From: Trichinella spiralis
Taxonomy: Eukaryota
Reading direction: 5' to 3'
DNA: 43,355 nucleotides
Assembly: GCF_000181795.1 (NCBI RefSeq)
Contig: NW_003526943.1
Span: forward strand, 7,988,672 to 8,032,026
Positions within the stretch are counted from its first letter, which is position 1. Each line of letters opens with the position of its first letter. Shown here piece by piece: positions 1 through 12,326 of the stretch. Position numbers and translations under genes: made by a program. Below the pieces are notes generated by a model, which did not search any database, was not told the DNA's origin, and saw only the letters and a list, made by a program, of their open reading frames with translations.

Positions 1-1742
1 ACAGAATTCTTTATTCCTTTCTTTCATATACAAAATTTTTTAAATTATTATCTATGGCACAATATGGCCATGTCAAAAATGCAAATCATCATAAATGATG
101 TGATTTTCAACTGACCGTTGTGTCCAATCATCTTCTGCACAACATCAGCAGTTGCATTTCATTTCATTCATTATACAACAACAAACCACGCATGCATACA
201 ACACAATTGCAATCTTTCAATTAAATAAAACTGAAGATTTTAACAGCAACAACAACAGAAATTATTTTAACAAAAAAATATTTTCATATTACACGCGTAA
301 TATAATTATTAATTCACAGTAATGTCAAAATATTCTTTTCTAAATTTTCGACCCCTTTTTAAAATTGTTTTTGCTAATAATGAAGATTATTCGTTATAAA
401 CTGTTCTACTATAAAAACGGCAAAGTTCAATCGCAAAATTTACCTCTGCAAACAGCTTCGATCAAACGGTATCACATGAGAAGGGTGCATGTTCCAGAAC
501 AATACGTATTAAAGTTATGTAAAAAAATTATCACAACATCTCTGCCTTTAATCTCACTTCTGAATGATGAACATGCGTGTGCGTGTCTGTAATTTCATAC
601 TCTTTGAAGGCATGAATTAATCCTTTATAGGAAAATTCTATTTTTAACAGAATCTTATCAAGGAATGGGATTTGAAAGAAAAAAAAATTTTTTTAATATA
701 ACATGCAAAAGTTATTTACAAAAAAATACAAAAACTCTGTGCTTGCAGTGTGCAAGTGCATCAAGTCGTAGCAGTTGCTCTTGCTCAATTTGCAGTCGAA
801 AACAAATAATTTCATAAAGTTCATTATGCAAATGATGCATGCAGCAACAAGTTCACTTCCTTTCAGAGTATTATTATTGCAGAAAAAAAGTGAATAAATT
901 TTGCCGAAGCAATTGTTTATGACTGTATGAAAATTTTGCACTTTGTTCACATATAGCGATTAGTGAACAAATAATTTCAAATTGAACTAACTATTGATTA
1001 TAATTATTATTAATTGAAACAAATAAACGCATCGACAACTGAAAGGCAACATTTGATATTTATTTATTTGTTGGTCTAACTTATAAATTAAATTCATCAA
1101 ACTCGCCATCCTCTTCTATGTCACTGTATTACATTTGATCACTAAAAAGTTAATAAAAACCAAACAACAAGTACGATAAATATTCAGTTTACTGTTGCTA
1201 TTGTTTTACACACTTTGAAATTTGCCACTACTTTCGTTTCAAGATAAAAAAGTTAAATTTTTATTGAACAAAACATATATATATATAGAGAGAGACTTTA
1301 TTAAAATTAAATCATTCTGAACATTGCATTCTGACGTGAAACTTTCGATTACTCATTTGTGGATTTGTTTGCATGCATCCATTTGAACTGCTGCCCATCA
1401 ACATTGTTGAAAATAAATAATTAAATCAACTTTCATTTTGCTAGTTGACAATCACACGGATACACATACAAGCATAAAAGCACAGGCACATAAAAACATA
1501 CCAGAATATATTTGAAATTCAACGTTAGAGATTGAACAGAAAACAAAAAATCAAAATCAAAATGCATCTAGCCATACTATTCACCAGTAAATGTCGACAG
1601 CTGTTACGGAAAGATCCGCAGACAACTAATTAAGCACGCGTGCCTTCATACCTCCAATTATCCCATTACTATGATCCATTCATTGTACGTGAAAACAACT
1701 CTTTTCTAATCAAAAAATATAATTTGAGAAATTACAATCATT

Positions 1743-4172
1743 TTAATATTTGAAACGGTTGTCCCGGGCATAGCCAAGCTTGTCCAAATTCGGCTGACAT
1801 GCCGTTTCGATCATTGCATCCGGTCCACACATGAGCACCAGAAGATCGGCGGACGGTTGGGGAAAAATTTCTTTAATAATTTCACTGTTGATGAAACCAA
1901 TGCTGTATGCCCATACTAAACAGAATTTTGTCCGCTTATTGGATTTTTAGTAACAAAAGCAAATCTATGAAGATATTAATTACACATAGAGAGATATAAT
2001 TAATTATTATAATAATACTGTGAGATTTGGTTTCGATCTGTTACAAATTTGAAAACAAATTAAATACAACTTATATTAAAATTAATAAAATCCACATGTC
2101 TGCCCCAGTGCTTTTAATTGCAATCAAGAACATCACGCAACGAGGAAAGCGTCACAACAGTGCTTCCATCTGTATCCGGCTACGTGGGACAATTATCACC
2201 AGAATAATGAACAATAAACGGCCATTTCTGATAATCAAGAACAATGCAACAGCTTGCAATTATTATCACAATCATCCCCAGCCAACCAGTCAATGCGTTG
2301 CGTACACTTTGCTTGATTCACTTAGTTTGACACACTTGCTGCACATCTTCCATGCTCACGCAAAATCTTCACCGTATTTTGGAAATAATTTAAAACTTTA
2401 AAATAATTGTCTTAATTATTAATACTGCCATATTTTTAGTGGAAAGTTTAAATAAAAACAGACTACCCAAGAGGTGAATGTGAATGGTTGACCCTGCTTG
2501 ACATACCTTTGCCTTTGCGAGTATCTATCGTGAACCACACACGAAATCTTGTTGGATGCTTCATTTCCAAATTAAGCAACTCTTCAAACAACAGGATATC
2601 CTGCTCACTCTGCAAAGACAATTGCTCAAACGACCATGACTGAAAAACATTTCTTCAAAATACAGTACTTTGTTTGCGTAAATCAAATGCATTTCAAGTT
2701 TATCGTAAGAATCAGCTAGTGAGGCTTTGATTAATTGGTACATTGGTGCTATACCTGACCCGCCAGCCAGCATAGCCACTTTCTTATATTTCTTTTGCAC
2801 AGGATCGGCTTTCTTGGACGGTTTTATTGCAAAGCAACCTAGTTGAAACAAGAAATAATGCTCGTCATATTCATAAATAACAACAGTGCATAATGCAACA
2901 AAAAAAAAACAAATAAATTCAAAAAATGGAACCTCTTCCATTGTAAGTTAGCAAACCACCAGGTCCACGAATATTGATACTGTCACCGATTTTCAAATTA
3001 TCCAAATACTGCGTCATTTTGCCTCCTTCTGGAAAGAGTGGATGCGTATCTTTGAAGTAAATCTACATTTTTAATATATTATGAAAAGTGAAATTGTTTG
3101 CTTGTTTATTCAAAAATTTGCCTTGATAATAAACGTCACAGAACCACGTTCATTGATATCACTAATTGGTGTATATGGGCGAACAACGAGCTGTCCGTTA
3201 ATTTTCGCACTGAGATGAACATGCTGCCCTGAAAATGAAGACAATACAAAAAAAAAGAATACTATTTCGAAAAGAAAACTAAAATAAAATAAAACAGAAA
3301 ATTTTGTTCATAAACATGCGAGAAAAGTGAAAGAAATTTTTACCACCAATAAATTAAATATTCATAATTAAAATCTGATAATTTCATTTATTTTTCCTTG
3401 TACTTCACAACTTATTATTCCCATTTATTGTTCGCGTGTTATTCATTTGTGCAGAAAACTGGATAATTTAGAAAAAAGATAATGTAGTGCGAAAAGTGAA
3501 ATTCATGTCCAAATAAATTTATACATAGACATAACCCATTTTTATTTGCAAGTCACATTTTATTTTCGTCCAACACTGAAAATTGTCAAAGTGTCATCAC
3601 AGTCATCATCAACACTTTCATAGTCACCATATATCTATATATTTCACAGAGAACAGTTTAATGTTAAAATGCTCTTCTGGGTGTTGGAAAAAAACAGAAA
3701 TCAAAACTGAATTTCAGTTGTTTGAAATTTACAACAAATTAGATGAAAAATAAATTTAACAAGTAAAGCACTTACCGACACCAAGGCCAAGAACTTGATC
3801 GGCTGAATGCAAGGAAAATCGAAACATACGCGTGTCGTGATTGACTTTCTGAAAATTAATTTATTAAAAAAGAATTAAAACTTTCAGTTATAATAAGAAA
3901 AAAACGTTCAAATTCTCGCAGACCTCTTTAGATGCCAACACTATGCCGTAGTTGACAGTGGGATCTTCCAACAATTTCTTCGGCTTTCGCTTGATGAACG
4001 CGTAATAATAAACAGCAGCCGACGCCAAGCCAACACCGGCTAACAATGCTGCCGTGGTTATCTGAAATGTGAAACGATTAAATTTCATAAACTGCCATGG
4101 GAAAGGGGGGAAAAAAATTTTTTTTTTCTTCCCATAACTTTTTTCGCATCTTACCCAGTTGTCGTTGAGCAT
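1743..4172 (-). CDS. CYB5R: NADH-cytochrome b5 reductase, membrane-anchored, 8 exons, ~303 aa
   Basis: Hand-spliced exons 4172-4155, 4061-3924, 3848-3776, 3228-3122, 3062-2933, 2838-2669, 2609-2507, 1915-1743 give 912 nt in frame. Product has an N-terminal TM anchor ([20 protein letters not shown]), [17 protein letters not shown], the flavin-binding [30 protein letters not shown] and CGPDAM. Confidence 0.95.
2093..2380 (-). ncRNA. Candidate structured intronic RNA in b5-reductase intron 7
   Basis: GC-richer island in an AT-rich intron with several complementary helices, ending in gACAugu. No sense-strand ORF. Confidence 0.3.
3480..3688 (-). ncRNA. Candidate intronic H/ACA-type RNA in b5-reductase intron 3
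   Basis: An 8-bp closing stem UCCAACAC/GUGUUGGA encloses two hairpins. It is followed by ANANNA (AAAAUA, 3566-3561), a 3' hairpin and ACA at 3485-3483. Same strand as the host gene. Folded by eye only. Confidence 0.35.
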
Positions 4173-4186
4173 CGTCGTACAGTTGT

Positions 4187-4317
4187 CTGTCAAAAACTGC
4201 AAATCATTAAAGAAATGGGAAAAGCAAAATAATGAAAACAATCGATATACTGTAACGTGGAAAATAACAAACATGACATAGAACATTGCGAATTGTACCG
4301 AAAAATCTTTCTTTACT
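4187..4317 (-). promoter_or_regulatory. Putative operon intercistronic region: variant poly(A) signal, U-rich tract and trans-splice acceptor
   Basis: AGTAAA at 4317-4312; U-rich ~100 nt containing TATTTT; acceptor-like TTGCAG (4202-4197) and TGACAG (4192-4187) just upstream of the b5-reductase ATG. Confidence 0.45.
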
Positions 4318-4497
4318 CAATTCAATCGCCAACAAGACTACGAACACTGTCTGTCAGAAAGATGAATCCAATAAGAATAAGAATAAGAATAATAGACTGT
4401 TTTCGTTATCATCTCTTTCGGGTAAAGTGGAAAACCAAGAATGCTAACCGTAAAGCAAATTGTATTACGAAAAAAAAGATTTTAAATTAAAAAAAAA

Positions 4498-7400
4498 TCA
4501 ACGAAGCAAATTGCTGCTTTCTCCGGCGTCTTTCTGTTGTCCACTTGTCGCCGCTTCTCCGGCCGCTTTTGCCTTGGCTGCTTCTTCTAACGCACAAGGG
4601 ATATTTTATTTCATTTTAAACAAATACGATAACAAAAAAAAACATATTTTACCAACTGCAACTCGTCGGCGTTCTGCTGTTTCGAAAACGTCACGCAGCT
4701 GAGCCAATTCTTCAGCCGACATGTTGCTAACCAACGAACTGTACCACTGCGGATCGTGAACTTGAACATCTACAAAACAAGAACAACAACAACAACATCA
4801 GTACTGTAAAATGTGGAATGCTTTGTTGTCGTTGAATTTGTAAACACTAACTGCACATTGTTTCTTTGAAAATCACAATCTCATCAAAGCCGGTATCATT
4901 TCGATCAACAACTGTAGAAAATTCTTCCAAATCTTCGTCGTAGTCCGTATCGTCGCTGTATTCATCTTCATTTCCACTGTCCTATAAATTGTCGTTGCAA
5001 GGCATCATTGCAATTTCAAATTGAAATTCACATCAACACAAAGCACAGATTGGCATATATAAATATATATATATGTGAAGCACAGTTTTCAAATTTTCCA
5101 CTTACAGATTTGTCTTCCTCTTTTTCGACGAACATGTTCACATCTTCGTGCGCTTCACCTGATTCTTGATCCGAAACCAACGACTCTGCTAAAATATACC
5201 AATACAACACATTCAACGACACTATTTCGAACAAGAAAACAAAAATAACCCACAAGAGCTGTCATCTTCGGTTTCTTCTTCTTCATCAGAACTCTCTTCA
5301 TTTTGCTTTTTCAATTTGTCTGCAAAGCATATTCATTTGAAGATTAAACAAAATTAATAATAATATGCACTGAAAAATTGAAAAGCAAACAACTCTGACG
5401 AATAGCACAATTACACACGTTCAAATGATTAACAAAATTCTACACTAACAATAAAATCTGAAATCAAAAAACAGTTTACATGGATCGTATGGTCTTCGAT
5501 ATATTTATGTATTATCAAAAAGATCGAATGAATCTTAAAATAAATTATCAAATTCTAAAATATCAGCAAAAATTTTTGTTGTTGTAAGCTGCACTCATTC
5601 CTTATTACACTGCAGCCTCTCTATTTATCGAATACAATGAACAAAAAATCTAAATACAAAAATTTCTTCTGAAATAAATTCTGCTAAATACAATCATCCG
5701 AATGACGAGAAAAGCCTCATTCCCCAGCTCTATTAATAATCTACCATAGTTAAAAAAATGACAAGCAAGTTCATTTCGATATTTTCTGTAACCGAGTAAG
5801 CATGCGATCTGAAAAAAGTTTGCAATGCAAAAAATAAAAAGCTACATTCAAAAGTTATGGATCAGTCATTGAATAAGACAAATTTAACCAATTCAATTAT
5901 ATCTTATTTTTTAAAAAAAGAATTTATTTTTTTATCCCTTACTGTCATAGAGACGTGAAAGAGCTTTCAAAGTTGTAATACATGACGGCAAGATGCGTGA
6001 TCCCAATTCCGCTACTACTGGTGGCCTCTGATTCAACTGGATCAACGAACACAAGCCAATAAGACACATCTTGCGATCGTGTAAGCTGAAAAATTATTTT
6101 AAAAAGTAAACAACAAATAAATAAATAAACGAAAAATGCCACCTGATGAAAATGTTCATATCGCTGAACCAGTTTGCTAGAAAATAATGCAATAATGTTT
6201 CCTTTTGTTCGTTCACGTACAACCGTTGAGTGATTTCAATTGTAAGTTGAGGATTGTGCAGCAGACATGCGAAAAATAACTAAAGTAATGAAATTAAACA
6301 CTGTCTAAGATCGATTGATTGTAAATTAAACAGAAAAAAAAAGAAATATGCACATCCAGACAGACGATCAAAAAATCCGATGTACGCTTGCCGACTTCCA
6401 AACGCTTGGCGACCAATTCTATAGCCGGGCAGAGGAAAGTTTCCACCTTGCCTCGAAACTGTAAAATGATAATTTCCATCAGCTTGACCGCCAGATTGTC
6501 ACCAACATCAGTTTCATATGTCAAAGCCTATACACAAACAGAGTAACATTGTTATTTAATGAATAATAAAAATATACGCATATATAAAAATAGTAAACAA
6601 CCGTTGAGCAGACGTTATAAAGTGCCATGAGGCGTTGTCCACCATCGTTCAAAAATTCACTGCTTCCAACTGTGACATAATTATAAAAAACAGATATCAT
6701 ATCTAGAAAAGAAAAGAAAAAAAAATTTTATACAACGAATTTAACCAAATCGTCGTTTGTGCTAAAACATCAATTACAAACCTGAAAAATAATCGATTCC
6801 ATCACCACTGAAAAGTTCGTACATCAAATGGAACATCATCCACATTCTGGGTGAAATATTCACAGCTGTCAATGAATATGTCAATGATATCACTTCTTCA
6901 TAATAATCTAAACATAAGAAAAAACAATATGATTTGAAATATTTTTAATAAAAAGTAAAGAAAAAAAGAAGAATTACCAATCATTTTCTGAGAAATAACC
7001 ATTTCAATGACTATCGTAAGAACTGGCTCCAAATGAATCGATACCTGTTTTATTATTGCATAATAAAAATGATGCATGAAAAAGAAAATTTTTTAAATCA
7101 AAATCCTTACATCTGGATAATCTTCGGTTGCATCGATTAAAGCTTCCAAGGTGTTGATAACACCCATAGCAGTCATGCAACGATTGTCGTGGGAATCGCT
7201 TTCATCATCATCTAACGTAGGATGAACCAAGCTGGTAAAAATGTTCACCTGCAATTTAAAATTTAAACCATATAATCAATAACGAAAAGCAAAAACAACA
7301 AGAAACAATTCTGAATTTAAATTTACTAAATTTTGAGCTATTTCAACTGCAACCGGAACAATTTCCGTAGAGAAATGTTGAACTAAACGATTGAGAACGT

Positions 7401-10287
7401 TTGATATATCATCGCATTCTGTTTCTTTAAGTAAATTCAGCAAAGCTAAAATTAAAAAAACAAATAAATAAAATGCGCAATTACGAGCAAATGGGGAAAT
7501 TTTACCAAGCGCAAGCGGTCTAACGTATGGAATAATGTAAGATAAATCTAAAACAAAATTGAAATCAAACACATATAATAAATAAAGATGTGAAACAATG
7601 CAGATCAATGCAAACAACAAAAATGTTATGCTTATTCTCACCTTCTTCTTCGTCAAAGCGTAAGATGCTTTGAAAAGCCAATGCTGCGTCCACTTTAACA
7701 GGCAGCTCTGGATCGTTCAAAATCAACATGATCACTCCGATCATCATCTTCTCGATCAGATCTTTGTCATCGAAATTACAATCCGAATACATGTATATCA
7801 CGTAGGATGCCTGAAAATAGCAAATCGTGGAAAATGGCAAAAAATGAATAAAAATTATTATTATTCAATTGCACACAACAAACCCTGGCGCGCAAAAATC
7901 CATGCGGATCGGAAAATCGAGGAATCACTTGTGTTTTCAACATTTCGCATACAAATGGCAAATAGGCTTTTTTCTAAATGTTACAATCAAATTTAATGTA
8001 GAATCGTAGTTCAAATTTCAATTTCAGTGTTACTGTTAATTTCGTCGAAAGCACACCAAAGAAGTTGAAAGCACCATCGACGTGCTGTGGAGCGACATCC
8101 GGTGTTGAGAGTACATGATTTACCATTTTCACCAGTTCACCAAGATAATTCTTTCTTTTCATTACTGAATGCAAAAAGCGAATTCCCGCCGAAGATGGTT
8201 TCAAAAATTCATCAAATAAATCTTTAAAAAAATTATACAAAACAAAATTATACAAAACACAAAACAAAAGAAAAAAATGCATACCCAATTTAGAACGAAT
8301 ATATTCCTGTGGATCGGTGTGCCAAAGTTCATCATCCTCATTAGAGAAGCACAACAGTGGAAAAATAACTGTCTGTATTATATCCTTGAAAGCAGTCAAT
8401 AAAGAATGTTACTTTTCAATTATTATTATTATTAATATTATTATTATTATTATGATCAACTTACCATGACGTGTGCTTTCACAGCTTTCCAACCGTTTGT
8501 CTCTCGAACACTAAATTTGAAAATGAGAAAAAGAAAACATGAACAACATTGCACACAAAAATTATCTGATTCAAAACTTTACCCTGTTGTCAAATATTCC
8601 AATGCCAAATACAACACTTGTGGAGATATGTATTCATTCTGCCTATAGCAATTCAACACTTTCAACATGCTCTGTATTGTCTGCATCAGACAGTGCTTGA
8701 AAAACACTCTGCGCAAAGCCAAGAAACCAGGATCTGAATTTTTGTCTTCGTGAAAGCTACATTAAAATAACAAATTCAATCAACAACAAACAAAACCCAA
8801 CAGCAATCAATGTAAAACAGAAATAATACCGATCATAGATGCGGCTCAAAATTCTCGCAGACCATTTTTTGCACTTCCACCACACAAGTTGAGGACGATC
8901 TTCTGGATCGACAGCCAGAGATTCCTCAAAAATTATTTTAATTAATTATGCTTTTACAAGAGCAAAAAAATTCAAATTTCACTAAATTTTCTAAAACAAA
9001 TTTACAACTGCATCAAAAAAAAATTTATCCCACATGTATTAATTAAACTGACATTTTTCTGTTTATTTTTATAATTTAAAGATATTGCCTACATGCCATA
9101 ACTGAAACACTTTAAGCGCTGTACTTGAAAATTATAAACAATAGCAATTTTACATTATGAAATAAATATTACAAGAAAACCATAACATGGAGAAAAAAAT
9201 TTTTTTTATACTTATCAATATTCATCTATCAGGAAATTAATCATATGGTGATAAATAGTAAAAAGATACAATATAAATATTAAATCAAACCAATCAACTT
9301 ACCGGTGGCACAGGAATTTCTAACACTCTAATTACGACAATAATCCATTCCAAAAAATGAGATTCAGACAGAATATCGGTATGTAAGTGATACTGAAATG
9401 TCAAAATATGAACAAGTGAAAATAAGTGGTAGAAATGTTTTAAAACATTGATTACCAACACGAGCGCATGATAAATCTTCAAAATCATTTTCTGCAAATG
9501 CACAGATTCCTGGCTGCTGTTGTCGATCAAGTGACACATCCTCAAATGAAGCTGAGGCAAAACTTTAACCATCACATCAGCTATAGGTTGTCGATTAATG
9601 TTTCGTGAATACCTAATGATAAAAAAATCAAAATCACCATTTGATTATTATCATGAAAAATACTGATTTACTCGTAATTTTTCACTAATTGATACAGCAC
9701 TGTCAAAGAGCCGAGCCATTTTTCGGCATCCGATTCGTTGAGAAGTTCCATCAATTTTCCTATAATATCTGGCCATCTTCCAGGAAAATCTGTCTTCAAA
9801 ATTGTTCGCACCGATACCGCCAGTTGCGCTCTACAAAATACCAAAAAAATCAGTAAAAACAGATGAACAATAATAAACAAAGTAAACTTTACCGTATAAC
9901 TTCCACAGACTTTACAATCGCTTCAATTATATTCTGGCGAATGATGTGTCGATCTTGTTCGTGAATGGTGAACATCAGGCCGGTGGTAGAGCCGTGCACA
10001 ACTTCGCTTGGAGACTCATCCCAATAAGTCATTACCATGTTTTTAAAATAAATAGAAGCCGCTTGACGAACTGGCTGTTCAACATCGTCAGTCAAAAGTA
10101 TTTGCAACAACAGTGGTGTAAAGCCAACAATTTTCTTGATCTGATCATTGAAAAGAAAAAATTACTGAACCAAAATTACGTTTTCAATTAAATTTCCACA
10201 TACCCCTTCTAGATATTCTTCCGCTTGGTGACGTCCTTTCGGATCTAAAGTTGCCTTCAAAGCCATAATAATTTTGTTCAATTCCAT
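4498..10287 (-). CDS. IPO7: Importin-7/8 family (importin-beta/RanBP7) nuclear import receptor, multi-exon
   Basis: Starts [16 protein letters not shown]. Contains IBN_N ([13 protein letters not shown]), [53 protein letters not shown], an acidic tract and the C-terminal [10 protein letters not shown]...AERRR. Stop TGA at 4500-4498. The junctions I checked are GT-AG. Confidence 0.93.
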
Positions 10288-11655
10288 AATTTAAAATATT
10301 CTAAAATTAAATCATCTTAAAACAATTCACCACATGCTAGGTAAGTTTTAAATTTCAATATTTTCTTTAATCAAAGTTAAATTTAAAAATAAAGTTCAAT
10401 GAACAATGAAAAAGTAATAATGAACAGTGAACTGAAACAAAATGAATCACAAAAAATAAAACTCTGCAAAAAAGCAAAACTAAACCATATGTAATAAAGA
10501 TTTGTGCTACATTTTTTTCTTTCTCTTCGTACACTTGAAAAAAAATTTTCAATATACAACGTCATGTAAAGGAAGTACCGTTAAAATAAATAAATGGGCA
10601 ACAGAAGGAGTATAAAAAAATAAAAAACTGTCAGTCAACAACCGTTTAACATATTATACTTTGAAAAAAATGTAACAAAAAAAAAAGAATAACCGTAAAT
10701 TAGAACCAATCTCAAACGTGTCACTATCGCACCTGATGTAACTAACGCAAAAATTAATGTCGTAGCAAAACTAAATCACTAACTAATAGACGCGTATTTT
10801 GATTTGCAGGAATAAATAGCAATAATGATAGAAAATTCAACAAAAGTATTCTTTTCGTTTATAGTCAATATTGAATATTTTTTATTTAATAAAAGTAGCA
10901 TATTATAAATATTCATATCGTATAAATGCTTAGTGCTCTTATAACTTTTTAAATATGCCTGCACTTGATAAATGTCATTCTTAAAAAATCAAAAGTAAAA
11001 ATTAAAAAATGTTCCACAGAAACTACTAACAACTAAATAAAACAATAACAAAACTTAAAACTTTTCACAGTATGATAGTATATTTGAAGGATAACTGAAT
11101 AAAAGTTATATACATTCCAATCATACATTACCTGCAGAGGCACCAACTGTCGTAACACGCAAGGTAACTCAGTTGTTTTATACAGTAAGAATTAGATACA
11201 GTATCGCAACATTATTGGAATATTTCATTGCCAAATTTGTGTGCGCCACACTTGAAATAAATAAACAGAAAATAAATTCAAATTAATTAATATTTTTTTT
11301 CATAGCATACCTTTTTCTATCGATGATTCAGCTTTGCTCAACATTAAAATTTGTATACGAATTGTACCTGAATTTCAATTTATATAGCGGGAATGAAGCT
11401 AGACAGAACATTTTATTGTCAAAATTTTTATTTTTGCAGTTTATCATGTTATATGCTTTTTAACTGAAATCTGTTTTAGATTTTATTAGTTTGGTTCATA
11501 TGGCTGGGTTGTGATTCAGCAGTGCTTCAGCGGATATGATCACTTGTTACACGCTTGACTTCACCGCAAGTTATTTTTACATTTCAGTTTTTTATAATAA
11601 ATTTTTTAAAATATTTAAATAATTGTTATTTCTATGGAATTGGTGAAATACCACC

Positions 11656-12326
11656 NNNNNNNNNNNNNNNNNNNNNNNNNNNNNNNNNNNNNNNNNNNNN
11701 NNNNNNNNNNNNNNNNNNNNNNNNNNNNNNNNNNNNNNNNNNNNNNNNNNNNNNNNNNNNNNNNNNNNNNNNNNNNNNNNNNNNNNNNNNNNNNNNNNNN
11801 NNNNNNNNNNNNNNNNNNNNNNNNNNNNNNNNNNNNNNNNNNNNNNNNNNNNNNNNNNNNNNNNNNNNNNNNNNNNNNNNNNNNNNNNNNNNNNNNNNNN
11901 NNNNNNNNNNNNNNNNNNNNNNNNNNNNNNNNNNNNNNNNNNNNNNNNNNNNNNNNNNNNNNNNNNNNNNNNNNNNNNNNNNNNNNNNNNNNNNNNNNNN
12001 NNNNNNNNNNNNNNNNNNNNNNNNNNNNNNNNNNNNNNNNNNNNNNNNNNNNNNNNNNNNNNNNNNNNNNNNNNNNNNNNNNNNNNNNNNNNNNNNNNNN
12101 NNNNNNNNNNNNNNNNNNNNNNNNNNNNNNNNNNNNNNNNNNNNNNNNNNNNNNNNNNNNNNNNNNNNNNNNNNNNNNNNNNNNNNNNNNNNNNNNNNNN
12201 NNNNNNNNNNNNNNNNNNNNNNNNNNNNNNNNNNNNNNNNNNNNNNNNNNNNNNNNNNNNNNNNNNNNNNNNNNNNNNNNNNNNNNNNNNNNNNNNNNNN
12301 NNNNNNNNNNNNNNNNNNNNNNNNNN
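11656..12326. other. Assembly gap (671 N)
   Basis: Run of N. The ORFs spanning it are artefacts. Confidence 1.

Noticed and set aside
1..1500. Short exon-like pieces on the minus strand (e.g. MHPSHVIPFDRSCLQR with a GTAAAT donor near 452; RLQIEQEQLLRLDALAH near 740-800)
   Set aside because: They could not be joined into a consistent spliced frame or recognised as any family.
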